Of a stretch of DNA of 64,000 nucleotides, positions 39,004-51,848 are shown in pieces. The position numbers were made by a program, and so were the translations under genes. Numbering within the stretch: position 1 is the first letter of the stretch; every line of letters starts with the position of its first letter. A model generated the notes under the pieces. The model was not told where the DNA came from. It was given only the letters and a program-made list of their open reading frames with translations, and made no database searches. The stretch is from assembly GCA_951406725.2 (NCBI GenBank), contig OX597832.1, forward strand, positions 9,610,001 to 9,674,000. Direction: 5' to 3'. The DNA comes from Octopus vulgaris. Its lineage: Eukaryota.

Positions 39004-40359
39004 GCTGTAAATTCTCTATTGATTAGACCTGGCATTTTCAATATGCAAGATAACATATTTGATATCCAGAAAGTGACCGTGTGTTATTAACTTACTCATG
39101 TTATTTGCTACATTCGGATATGTCGCGTTCGTGTATACGCTCTCATCCACCCTTAACCTGTTTGCATATAATTAAATGTTTTTTGTGGAATATTATTCCA
39201 TGCCCAAAGACATTCGCATACGCGTATGCACACACACTCATTTATACATACACACAAACATATATACATACATATACGTGTGTGTGGGTGTGGGTGTATG
39301 TGTTTTGTGTGTGCAACTAGAGGCGACATATAGTGCAAGGTCCGTCGCTCTCGTAATTATGCCAATCCGCCACTAAAAATCTAGTAAGAAACACATTATT
39401 CTGTCCTGCATATCATTCAATTTATTGAAACATGCAAAGCTTTGAAACCTGGTAGTACCAGAATTATCAGGTTTCTCTTTGGTTCCCAATCTACAGTCAA
39501 AGTAATCCCTACTTGAGCTTACAGATAACCTATGCGTGCACAATGGACTTGATAAGTAGATTTAGTTGCAGAATGAACAAATTGACATATGGTCAACATA
39601 TTTGATTTAAAATTAATTTATTAATTGATTTGGTAAGTTTCAATGAACACTTCATCCACTATAGAAACGGATGAATCAAATCCTCATTTAACTGGGGCCT
39701 TCTGTATGTCCCTTGAATAACACGTTCTCTTTGACTAAATGTCTGTATTCGCCTTTTGGTTTAGCAAATGTATATGGAAGCATTTATCAATGGTAATTCT
39801 AGATTCATTCAACAATATATTTCAGCTGTAAGTCAATTAAATACTACGAGATTTCCCTTAGCATTTTCTATCGATATTTCAGGAGTCAGTGCCATGCAGT
39901 TTATCATTGTTATTATGATGAATAGAGGTTGCTTGGAAGGAGAGGAAGATTTTCTCAATCGCATTTCTTGGTCCCATTTCCCTCCTCAAATCAGTAAAGT
40001 ATCTATGCATAGCATAGAGGCCGATTCTCTAATTATTCCGCCTGTAAACAGAAGGAATATGTATTTCATTTCATTTCTCCAGAAAGAATGTAAGCAAAGT
40101 TTGGACATGGCGTTTGAATATTGCGTTCCAATTAGTCAGAAATATACAGCAAGTTAGATCCGTCAATTCGTCAATATACTGAACACGTGAATGTCCGTAT
40201 TCAAATTAGTTATGCGATCAAGAAACATAATCCTAACTTCCTGCTCACAACAACGAGTTTACCTAAATGATGGATTCGGCCTTGGAAGACATCGTATCCT
40301 CGTTCAGCTTTGGCTGAACGACCTGCACAAATCTTTTTTTTCTATTTGTATATAGTGAT

Positions 40360-40550
40360 CAAATGAACGTGCCGTACATTAGGTCACTTCCTCCATCAGG
40401 CGAACAAAGCCTGAACAAGTGGACGTTGTACCACGTTTCAGGTGTCCGAGTGATCGCAGAGTAACGCGAAATGAAGTGTTCTACTCAAACACAGGATAAA
40501 ACCACGATTTTACGATTGTGAGTGCAAAACCCTAACCGCTAGGCCATTCA
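40360..40550 (-). mobile_element. Degenerate SINE with family B head
   Basis: AACGCGAAATGAAGTGTTCTACTCAA..ACGATT..TGAGTGCAAAACCCTAACCGCTAGGCCA resembles 44850-44950. Confidence 0.6.
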
Positions 40551-41556
40551 TCCTGGTGGTTAAGCATACCTATTTCCGGTGATTACGTTCGCATATGCCG
40601 AGCATAAAGCATCTGTATATTGCAGAATCTTCACGATGTATATAAAAAAACAACAACATTTGCATACCAGTCAGAGTGTAGATATAAAAATCGCTTAATC
40701 ATGCATTATAATGTTCTTCATAATACAATGCACAAGAAAATAAGTTCTATAATTTTTGGTTTCTTATTTTAGTTTATAAAATTCCCATTCCGTCTTCTAT
40801 AAAATTTTCAGAGTATGTATATTTAAAGAGAAACTAATAAAGTGAAAAAAAATCTCCATATAAACAAAAAACACATGTACAACAATTCACGTAATATGAT
40901 TGTGAGGAGCCTAGAGACATGGGGCGATTGCAAACAGGAGCTGGGATAGTTGCAAAGTAAAATAAAACAGACCCCATTTAGTGAGTTGCCTATGTACATC
41001 TAGCTCTCACTCTCTTTCTCGTTGTTTCTCTCTCCCTACGCCTACACACAGACACCCACACACACACACGTATATGAATCAATTTGACAATATTAATAAT
41101 TATTGCTTATGCGATACAAAACTAATGAAAGGGAAACAGGAATCTGATCTTCCACTAGTTTATTACTCAGAAATCGAGTAGTACAATCAATAAGTAAATA
41201 AGCAGCTACTTTTTTTCAGAAATAAGTGAGTGTTTGAGAAAGAAAAACAAAATGTTGTGAGTGAGCAGATCCAAACTTTAGTGGAATTAGATTTTCAGAG
41301 AGAATGTGATGAGAATTTTATGTTGAAATTTAAAACACTTTCAGGTCATGTTCAATAATTATTTGAACTCTTGTCACGTTTTGAAGACCTATAATGAATC
41401 TGCACTCCTCAATTGCTTGTTAAAAACATTCGGTTACCACATAGACTCTCTTCAGTGTGGTCGATACTATTTTTTATACATGTTTTTCACTTTGTATGTA
41501 TGCCTATCTGTAGGTATATATATATGTCTTGTTTGCAAGATATATAATACATACAT

Positions 41557-41613
<57 letters not shown>

Positions 41614-41663
41614 CATATATATACATATATATCTGTATATGTACATATGTACATATATTATGC

Positions 41664-41709
<46 letters not shown>

Positions 41710-41754
41710 GTATGCATATATGTATATATAAATATATAGTTATATAAATGTAAA

Positions 41755-41945
41755 TAAGCAGAAATGGAGAAAACTTTTGATCAACAAACAAGCAAATTGA
41801 CAAGTATCGGTCCATTAATTTTTAATAGAAAGAATAGCATAACATTACATAACATTAGTTACGGCCGTTTTTGGCTGGCATCATCAGCCGAAACGGCCGT
41901 AATTTGGTTGTTTGTTGATCAAAAGTTTTCTCCTTTTTCCGCTAA
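41755..41945. mobile_element. Foldback PLE-like cassette centred on a hammerhead-like hairpin
   Basis: TTACGGCCGTTTTTGGCTG-gcatcat-CAGCCGAAACGGCCGTAA (41858-41901), plus outer arms GGAGAAAACTTTTGATCAACAAACAA and TTGTTTGTTGATCAAAAGTTTTCTCC; adjacent to (TA)n. Confidence 0.7.
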
Positions 41946-42114
41946 TATAAATTTGAATCCGGATAAACTTACGTTTATTCAGTTATGAGTAAACTATGAG
42001 CATAGTGTGCTTGCATACGCATGCCCATGGATAGCATAGGTAAATGATACTGGTTCTAAGAACGGCCATTCTTATCCTTTAGACGTTTATTCCAGCCGCT
42101 AACTCTGCTTACAT

Positions 42115-42171
42115 ATGTATGTGTGTGTGTATGGACACATACATATATATATATATATATATATGCATACA

Positions 42172-42258
<87 letters not shown>
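42115..42258. repeat. (TA)n-(CA)n-(TA)n microsatellite
   Basis: Directly visible. Confidence 0.97.
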
Positions 42259-42260
<2 letters not shown>

Positions 42261-42937
42261 TGTGGCGAGAGTCATTGACACACCTTGTGTATTGGAAGAA
42301 TTGACTAGCCAAACTCTTATAAACAGTAGAGGTCGGTAAGAGTTGAGGAGAGCGTTTTGATGGTCTCGCAGAGTGCGTCATGTGAACACATTGGTTAAAT
42401 CTACACTGCGTAATATATATATATATACCAACTTATGGCAAGATACATATATAAATGGAAAGGATAATCAATCAACAAACATCAACCCCTGTAAACATTC
42501 ATTTATATCGATTTATTAATTGATCATTATCATATGTATCAGTAATGAAAATAAACAAATTAAATAAGCAAATAAACAATAAATAAATAGATATTCCTTA
42601 CTATTTCTATTATGTCATTATTTTAATTTGTTTTATTATTTTATTATTGTACCTTACTTCCGCGCATGTTAGTTTATGGTCTCTCTGATCAAGCTTTGGG
42701 GCTCAATCATTGTCCAACCCGTGTCCAATGTTAGTTTAAACTTTGTACAATCCCTGAATATTGCTGGCATGATGTGGACAGATGACAAGATTGGGCAACC
42801 CCAAAGTAGAAACAGCTGTAAGGGCTTAGTATTTGTTCCCTCATTTATTCTTATTCATTTATTTATTTATATTTATCTATTTATTTACTTGTCTATTTGC
42901 TTATTTCATGTGTTTATTTTTTATTACTTATACATAT

Positions 42938-43344
42938 ACTCTTTTACTCTTTTACTTGTTTCCATTATGTGACTGCGGCCATGCTGGAGCACCGCCTTTA
43001 ATCGAGCAACTCGTCCCCGCGACTTATTCCTATTGTAAGCCCAGTACTTATTCTATCGGTCTCTTTTGCCGAACCGCTAAGTTACGGGGACATAAACACA
43101 CCAGCACCGGTTGTCAAGCAATGTTAGGGGGACAAACACAGACACACAAACACACACACGCATATATATATATATAAATATAGGAGGGGATTCTTTCAGT
43201 TTCCGTCTACCATATCCACACACAAGGCTTTGGTCGGCCCGAGGCTATAGTAGAAGATACTTGCCCAAGGCGCCACGCAGTGGGACTGAACCCGGAACCA
43301 TGTAGTTGGTAAACGAGCTACTTGCCACACAGCCTCTCCTGCGC
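42938..43344 (-). mobile_element. tRNA-derived SINE family C, full length (internal TA/TG tract, CR1-like 3' tail)
   Basis: Minus strand A-box-like AGGCTGTGTGG, B-box-like GGTTCAGTCCC, CCTTGGGCAAGT; tail GGCGGTGCTCCAGCATGGCC and (GTAAAAGA)n. Confidence 0.92.
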
Positions 43345-44634
43345 TTATACTCAATTAATAAATATATATAAATGAATGTTTACAGGCTGATGTTTGTCGA
43401 TTGATTTATTATTTACCATCTAAATTCTGGGTAAATTTCTGTTTTACCCCCGTCTCATACCCAGTATTCAATTCTTACCAATCAGTTACCCGTTTTGGGC
43501 GAAATACATATCTCATGTATGGAAAACATAGCATTTTGAGTAAATTGAGGAAAGAAATATGGTGGAGGTGCGCAAAGGTCATCTCGGACGTGCTAGAGAC
43601 AACAGCTAAAGGAAAGAATTTCTGGGATAACCTCCGTGTAAGCTTAAATGGTAGATCAGGGTTTTGAAATACACTGATCACAAACAGGAATGACAGGGCA
43701 GGAAAACGTAATTTCCATAGTATTTCAGCTGTAATTTAGCACACAACAAGAAATAACATAGTTCTTACAAAACTTTAACTTTATGTGTGCGTGTGTGCCA
43801 CAGGAAGTAATTTTTGCATACCTTTCTTTATCCCAGTTAATTAGTGGAAGTTGTGACTTGTTGACAGCATGAGGTCTCCGTACGTTATAATGATAAATTC
43901 AACAAGAGAGAAAGTGCCTATTTCTCCCCTTCCCTCCCGCTTTTCCCCTTTCTTTGTGCCGGCTTTCTTTCACCTTCACCCATAGAACATCCAGTACCGA
44001 CTTTGTTTCACTTTCAACTATAGAATATGCATAGGGCATGGAACATCAGCGTCTCTCTCTCGCCCGCTATCCATCTTTCATCTTCTCTTATAGAAACCTG
44101 ATTTCTGTCTGTTTTTCTTTCTATTGTGTCTTTGTCTTTTTCTCATCCTGTCTTTCTCACGGTCATTCTGTAAACATCTTTATCTTTATGCTTTGAAGAG
44201 AGCAGAAATTGAAAAAATAGAGAAAGCGAAAAGGGGATACAGAGCAGAAAGTGAAAGCTGTATGTACGAGTGTATGAAATGTACGTGTCTGTGTGTATGT
44301 GCGCTCATGAGTCTGAGAGAGAGAGAGAGAGTGAGTGAAGGTGTGTATCGTAATGATGGAGGTCTTTATATGTACACACTCATATACAAAATATAACGTC
44401 ATCATCGTCGTCGTCGTCAAATAAAATATTTACGATAGATGATTTATAGAAATGATTATAATCTTTAATTTTTGTAATTCAAATTTGTCAATGAAAATAA
44501 AGTTTAGTTGCGAGTGGAAATAGTAATGAATCTTTTGATACACCATCCGTGAAAATCAGCAACTCGGTTTTGGAATGCATAAAGAACATGCACGCACAAA
44601 CTCTCTTCTCTTCTTTATCCATATATTATATATA

Positions 44635-44954
44635 GGAGTATTCCATTGGTTACGACGACGAGAGTTCCAGCTGATGCGATAAACGGAACAGCCTGCACGT
44701 GAAATAAACGTGCAAGTGACTGAGCAATCGTCAGACACGTGTACCCGTAACGTAGTTCTTAGGGAGATTCAGCGTGACACAGAGTGTGACAAGGCCGGTC
44801 CTTTGAAATACAGGTACAACTCATTTTTGTCAGCTGAGTGGATTGGATCAACGCGAAATAAAGTGTCTTTCTCAAGGACAGAACGCGTCACCGGGAATCG
44901 AACTCACGACCTTACACTCGTGAGCCGTATGCCCTAACTACTAAGCCACGCGCC
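44635..44954 (-). mobile_element. SINE with family B head and family A tail
   Basis: Head GGCGCGTGGCTTAGTAGTTAGG..GTTCGATTCCC..GTCCTTGAG matches 51705-51848; 44635-44819 matches the 3' half of family A. Confidence 0.9.
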
Positions 44955-44964
44955 TGTACAGACA

Positions 44965-45131
<167 letters not shown>

Positions 45132-47406
45132 GGATATAACTAGAAACGAACGAATGTTTGAAATTTCGCTAAGAAACTTTATTTTCTATAAGCATAATAC
45201 AATACTTTGAACTTTACCATACATTATGTAAACTCCATGCTTATCAGGCATTAAATTAAATAAACTAGAGTTAACATAGAAGTGTTAAGCAATGAAATTA
45301 GTGCCTGTACGTTTGCATCTCGAGGAAGTTATGTATGTTTGAAAAATGTTTTCCTTCCTACTCTAATTTTACAGCTAGATGTCTCTGTATCATTCTTCCT
45401 GAACAGTCGCCGCTGTAGTGTTACGTTAAACGAGATATACAAATAACACATTCCATCTCTTAATTATAATTTTATTATGTGTTCTGCAGACCCTTGAAAT
45501 ATACGCATCTGATTAATTACATTTATACACGAAATTAATCTACATTGAAATATTATCACAGATCCTTTCGTTTTAGCATATATAACATTTCCATTTGGAA
45601 TTGTGTTTTGGACGACAATGGAATTCTGTAAGTTCAAATAAGGCGCAGATTATACATGACTTGGTGTTTGTCTTCAATTGATACTCCGAATTCAACTTCA
45701 ATTGTACGCAGCATAATAATGCAATGAACAGCAGATACATACCCAGTGGTATCTTTAGTGGAGAGATTCGTAAATGCATAATATGATCATGAAATGCTAA
45801 GGAAGAGATTGCTAAAGCTATAAATTTGTTTCATCGAAGTACGGATACACACCTTATATTGTGCCAAATAATACAGAGATTAAAACCACAGCAGCCTATT
45901 AAGCTTTTGTAAGCATATTACAAACCAAATTAAACCTGTTATTTCAATTGAATTTTGTAATTGTATACAGATATTCTTATGAAACTATATAGAATCATAA
46001 ATATTTGAAAACTGCGCAAATGCCATGATATTTTCCAGGGTTAAGGCTACCGTGAAAACTTTTAGCGTCATAGAACAAAGTTTTATTTCGCTCACAATAT
46101 ATTGACGCCACTGACATCAAATATATTGCACATTAAAACGATAGCTATATTAAAATCTTTTCTCAGATACATTTACAAATTTGTTTTCAGTCGAGGAAAT
46201 ACTTATTTTAATTCTTTCTTCACTAACTTTTATCAACATTTCAACCTTGGATAATATTGAAATGTATGTTTCGAGACGTATATGTAATTAATATATTGCG
46301 TAAAACAATCTCTTTATTAAGATAAAACATAATTTATTGAGAAAACTTTAATAAGTACAAAGTCTAAAAGAGATTTCGTAAAGAGAATACATTTCTAATG
46401 TGTTGTATACATTTCGTAACGACTTACAGAATGTGAAAAACTAAAGAGGAGTAGAAATAGATGTAGTCGTTAGTAATATTCGAAGTAATTATCTTTGGAG
46501 GAAAATCACACATTTTAACGAATATTCCTATTTTTATATCCTCCTTTCAAAATTTAATCTATATTTTAGATCATTTTTTTTCACCAAGGAATTATTTACA
46601 ATATATTTTGAAATCTAGCGATTGTAGATTGGTGGAATCGTTAGTGCTTCATAAATGAAATCTTTTCTTACGCATTTTTATATTCTAATTTCAAATATAT
46701 CGAAGGTAATCTAACACGTCCATCCGTGGGAGACGATATAAATGTACCAACATGTGTAAGTACATGCGCGTGTATCAGTGTTTGCTTGTCGGCACGAGTG
46801 CATTTCTATGAGTAAGAGAGAACTTACTTTTCTAAGATGTTATATTGAAGCTACTGCAGGACTCTTTTCTACACATTTTGTTTTCATATTTCCTTCTTAG
46901 TAGTTTTTTTATTTGTTTGCCACAATAACTTTAATATCTGAATCGTTTTGGGTTTCCAATAATGATGGAACGATATTTATTTATTGTTGGCGCTTCTCTG
47001 TACAAGTCAGTGTTGTATAACGTATAATATTCTACTTGTAATATAATTCTCCTTGTGTTTAAAATTGTTTCAAGGTTAACTACAGTACATTTTAATATTT
47101 CTCAACTAGAAATTAAGAAAAATATGATGTAGAATTTATTATGAAAGAGAAATGTTTGTGCCATGTAATTCAAGTTAGGATACCACTGAATGAAACGAAC
47201 ATTCTTCTCAATGATAAACGGTACTAGGAATTCGTCCAGATATTTCTTAAGTATGAAAGGACAAATGAAATTGCCTTACATCACACGTCCATTTATGGGT
47301 TTATTGCCAAGCACACATATATACTGTTATGTTCAACACATCTCAACAGAAGCATGTGAGATTCAAATATTCGTAAATCATAGCGGATAGAATTTAGCAC
47401 AGACAA

Positions 47407-47822
47407 AGTTGGCGAGCTGACAGAAACGTTAGCACACCGGGCGAAATGTTTGCAGTATTTAGTCTGCCGCTACGTTCTGAGTTCACATTCCGCCGAGGTC
47501 GACTTTGCCTTTCATCCTTTCGGGGTCGATAAATTAAGTACCAGTTACGCACTGAGATCGATGTAATCGACTTAATCTGTTCGTATGTCCTTGTTTGTCC
47601 CCTCTGTGTTTAGCCGCTTGGGGGTAGTAAATAAATAGGTATTTCGTCTGCCGTTAAGTTCTGTGTTCAAGTTCCGCAGAGGTCGACTTTGCCTTTTATC
47701 CTTTCGGGATCGATTAAACAAGTACCAGTTACACACTGGGGTGGATATAATCGACTTAATCCGTTTTCTGTCCTTGTTTGCCCCTCTATGTGTTTAACCC
47801 CATGTGGGCAGTAAAGAAATAA
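47407..47822 (+). mobile_element. SINE family M, tandem dimer
   Basis: Same organisation as 29361-29777; second unit starts at GTATTTCGTCT (47639). Confidence 0.92.
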
Positions 47823-49429
47823 GAATTTAGTACTGAGTCACAATAAGGAATGATGAGAAAATACAAAGACTTGTGATTGGAGAGATTACTGAAACTAATA
47901 AATGGCACTTAAGGAATATAATCATTTACCGCAAAGTATTAGCCCATTACGTTAAGATAATCTCCCTTGCTACGCAGGAGCGACTGTCTTTCGGAAAATA
48001 TGGCAGATGCAGAAGTGTTTTGTCGAGATGGAGACTGGTGAAAGGCATTCGTGCTTAGGGAAAGAAACCATTCAGAACAGCTTAAGTCATTAATGTGCTT
48101 TTCATGGATATATCCGGACATATTCGGACAAACATGGACACTACTTGCATACTTGCAGTTAGCTGCACTATTTCAATTTAGTGATATTACATCGGAAATT
48201 GGTTAGATTCTTTGGAATCTAACCAAGAACATTCGCACTAGATATTGTTATGCCATTCCTGTAAATGAGGAAGTTTATGATATCATAGATTGTTCCTTAA
48301 ATAATACTTACTGTCTTCTTGATATATTAATCTTGTAATCATTCAAGACATTTCAGCAAATACACTGAGATTAGGGTTAAAAATTTTAAATGAAAGTCAT
48401 ATAAATTGATGAAACGTTTGAATACATAGAAAGCTTGTGTCTCCAGTTTTTGAGGTACTTTTAACCAAATTTGCAATAATTTTAAAATTATCTTGCTGGA
48501 ATAAAATCCAATCCTAATATCTGTTATATAAATTCAGAGTATGAAAAGCGAAATACGTTATTGTTCGACATACAAGAATTTTGTGGCAAACAACCAATCG
48601 CTACATTCATAGAAAAGTGATTTGCTTCTCCATTTCAATCTGATTATTTCATTTGTAACAAATAGAAAAAAAGAAAAGGCATTGTAATAAAACAAATTAT
48701 CACCAATCCTAAAAAAAAAAGCACAGATAAATCAGACAGAGACAGAAATAAAATCTTGCAGTTTGATAATAAAAATGTGTGTGCGTAAAAGAAGGGTGCT
48801 TTTGAGTTGTTTATCTGAGTAAATGACAGTATAGAGACAGGTCTCGCACACATGACTGAGTTATGGTGCTATAAAAATGAAGTAAAGATCATAAGTATAT
48901 GTCAGATTGAAAGAGATCAAAGTTTCCTGCAGTATTGTTATAGTATCCTTATTGTATTCTGCAGACTGTAAGAGATAAAACTGTAATATTCCGATGTCGA
49001 AATTGAAAGGACTGTCAGTAGTTAATGTTATCGTTTTCCATTGTGTCTCTGTTCGATTTCGTTTCAATAAACGATTACGAGAGCTGAGACAATGGTGTCA
49101 GCTTTAATGACAATTAAATCAGAGAACCATTGATTTTTATACGTGTGCATTATCTAATTACACATTTTAACCTAAATACGCGTTTTGTTTTTATGTATAA
49201 GGACACTTGACTCTCACCACTCTCTAACATTTATTTACATTCGAATAGTTATCAAGACCTTCAGACTCCAACAAATAATCGAATTTGTTTCTTTTATTTC
49301 ATAAATATTAGAACATTTTATATTGTTGCAAATATATTACAGGTAAGAGGTTTAGGTTTAGGTGAGTACAACAAAAAAGTGTGAATAAAAGGAAGAGACG
49401 ATATGTTGAATTCTGGTTTGAATGAGTTT

Positions 49430-50221
49430 AAAATCATGATTTAAGTAAAGGCCAGACGCGATAAATAAATTTAGTGACTTTATTTTCATTTTAACTAAAT
49501 TAATTCAATGTATAATTGTAAACCAAAGACATAAAAGAAAAAGAAAATTAGAAACATAATATTCTTCACATAATGCCAAGCACAATCAACGAAAACTGTT
49601 TTAAGTTTGTGAAAAACGTGTATCAATAAAGTAGAAGGAGGCAAAAGGCTGGAGTTACTCACATGAAGCTTAGGTTTACTATCATATCTGCCATCAGAGA
49701 TTGTATCCTTATCAACTCATGGCAATTGGACCAGTTCCATACAAAATGCTGAGGTAATACATTTGCCCTACATAACATATTATACATTTTTAGCATCAGG
49801 ATGATATCGGAATGGGAAATTTCCCCATTTATTTGGTTCTTGGACATCCAGTATTTAGGTTTCTATTTCTAGAAGGTAAATATTGGCTGATTCACGCTAC
49901 CTTCTTTGGTGTTGGTCAGATAATGTCAGAGATCACGAGGGAGGCAACTGACACTTTCTTCGCTACTTTTACCTCGAGATAAAAACTTTGGGACAAATCA
50001 GCCTAGAGTTGGAATAAAAATTTGGATGAGAGCAGTAGAATGATTGCATTACAAATTTAATTCTCATCCGCAACCTCTGATCAAACACAACCAGGGTATA
50101 GAGTCATTATAAACATATTGTAGTCATACTATTTAGCTCCCTTTAGTGTTTGGCCCCAGGTCCAATTAACCCTTCAGGGGTGTTACCGTAAAAGCCCGCA
50201 CGCAATGAGGCTTTAATGCTA

Positions 50222-50222
<1 letters not shown>
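49430..50222 (+). mobile_element. Probable 3' relic of an RLE-type (R2/NeSL/R4-like) LINE with its 3' UTR, ending at (TA)n
   Basis: Broken plus-strand translation VKARR..YNCK..LET..ILH..CQ..EAKGWSYSHEA..RLYP..FPIYLVLG follows the order of CCHC knuckle then RLE motifs. The last 190 bp are shared with 33614-33800. Confidence 0.45.
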
Positions 50223-50272
<50 letters not shown>

Positions 50273-50276
<4 letters not shown>

Positions 50277-51070
50277 AAATTTAAAGGACTGACCACAAAT
50301 AGTGGACGGTCAACATGCTAGATATAGACGTCAAATCGCTATTTTCCACAAAGAATATGTTCTCAAATAAAAAAAAACTCATCACAAACCAAAGCATTAA
50401 AAATTTGACGTCTATATCTTGCATGTTGACCGTCCAGTATTAGTGGTCAGTCCTTTAAATTTTGTATGTAAAAATATTTTAATCTTCGGATTTTTTTAAA
50501 ATCCTGGGCCACTGGTTTTAATTGATTAATATCAATTTCTACCCTTCTTAAATTTTAAAATAATAAAAAATGTCCCCTAACCGGTAAATTGACTGCTGCT
50601 ACTTAATGGCTGCAGGGTAGATTTCCGATGAAGGCATTTGAAAGATACACATAAATATAATTGGATGGACTCTATGCATGCGAGACTCCGGTTAAACGTT
50701 TTTGTATCTAATCCTGCAAATTGTATTTCTATATGACAGACTATGCTGAGGAGATTGCAGGTATCTATATGCGTGGATATTAACAATCGAAACTGATCGG
50801 TACATAGGTAATCATTTTTATTTCGTATATTTTAATTTGTCCTGCTTATTTTTAATGCTTTGGTTTGTGCTGAGTTTCTTTATTTCAGAACACATTATTT
50901 GTGGAAAATAGCGATTTGACGTCTATATCTAGCATGTTGACCGTCCACATTTACTGGTCAGTACTTTAAATTTTGTATGTAAAAATATTTTAATCTTCGG
51001 ATTTTTTTTTAATATGCTAGGCCACTGGTTTTAATTGATTAATATCAATTTCTACTCTCATTAAATTTTA
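50273..51070 (+). mobile_element. Non-autonomous PLE/retrozyme-like element: inverted segment plus 1.3 tandem copies of a 511-bp unit, flanked by (TA)n
   Basis: 50403-50558 is repeated directly at 50914-51070; 50273-50403 is the reverse complement of about 50849-50977; contains an intact hammerhead. Confidence 0.85.
50741..50807 (+). ncRNA. Type I hammerhead ribozyme, intact core
   Basis: CTATG-CTGAGGA-GATTG-(26 nt)-CAATC-GAAA-CTGATCGG-TA-CATAG: 5-bp stem I, 5-bp stem II, near-palindromic stem III; predicted cleavage after GUA at 50802. Confidence 0.88.
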
Positions 51071-51295
51071 TATATATATATATAAACATATATAAATATA
51101 TATCATTAGAAATAAAAACACCTTTTCTCAATTCAAAATGAACAATTAAATAACACCATACAGAAAATTACATATAATAGAAATATTAACATAAAAGTAA
51201 CAATCAAATGTCAAAGATTAAGTAAATTGCAAAACAATTAATAATACCTTATATAAATTATTCCCGCAAATATTAATAATATATATATATAGTTA

Positions 51296-51497
51296 ATCCA
51301 AACGTGAAAACACAAAGAGAAAACACAACAACGCGAGGACGTGGAACAAGTATAGTATTATTGGACGCTCCGGATAAAAGAGGGTTTAACGTTTCGAGCG
51401 GTGCTCTTCGTCAGAAACATAGGAAAAAGAAAGATCCAAAGAAGGGAAGACGGAGGAGAAAAATCGCCAACGGTACACAGGTGGTTACATTTTGAAT
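51296..51497 (-). mobile_element. Cassette of about 200 bp resembling a PLE pLTR, between (TA)n tracts
   Basis: Contains a minimal hammerhead, is flanked by TA repeats on both sides and is related to 30720-30898. Confidence 0.75.
51384..51418 (-). ncRNA. Minimal type I hammerhead ribozyme
   Basis: GTTT-CTGACGA-A-GAGC-acc-GCTC-GAAAC-GTT-AAAC: full core, 4-bp stems I and II, palindromic AACGTT stem III as in PLE minimal HHRs. Confidence 0.85.
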
Positions 51498-51514
51498 ATA
51501 TATATATATATATA

Positions 51515-51848
51515 GGAGGAGACGCCCTTTGCTCATGAATGCCCATGAGATTCCACCTAGAAAGCTACCCTCCCACGCACAAGTCCGGGTAAGGTTGTTT
51601 GAGGAAGTCCAGCAGTCGCCCATGCATACCAGCCTCCCCTCTCCACACCACTGATGTTATCCAAGGGAAGGAAAAAGGACAAACAGCTTGGTACCAGTGA
51701 TGTCGCAACTCATTTCTACAGCTGAGTTAACTGGAGGATGGTGAAATAAAGTGTCTTGCTCAAGGACACAACACGCAGCCCTCTCCGTGAATCGAACTCA
51801 CAACCTCAAGATCGTAAGCTCAACGCTCTATCCACTGAGCCATGCGCT
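51515..51848 (-). mobile_element. SINE with family B head and a distinct, possibly RTE-like, tail
   Basis: Head GCGCATGGCTCAGTGGATAGAG..GTTCGATTC..GTGTCCTTGAGCAAGACACTTTATTTCAC is shared with 44820-44954; 51515-51704 is unrelated to the family A tail. Confidence 0.88.

Noticed and set aside
38766-39026. His-rich ORF resembling a metal-binding or beak protein
   Set aside because: It is a (CAT)n microsatellite and several frames give homopolymers.
39500-40320. Coding-like segment, possibly an old LINE endonuclease on the minus strand; ORF 39768-40157 on plus
   Set aside because: Only vague motif similarity, so neither a host exon nor a TE class can be supported without a search.
42258-42412. 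Short GC-richer island between TA tracts with a TATAAA, possibly a solo LTR
   Set aside because: No clear TG...CA termini or TSD.
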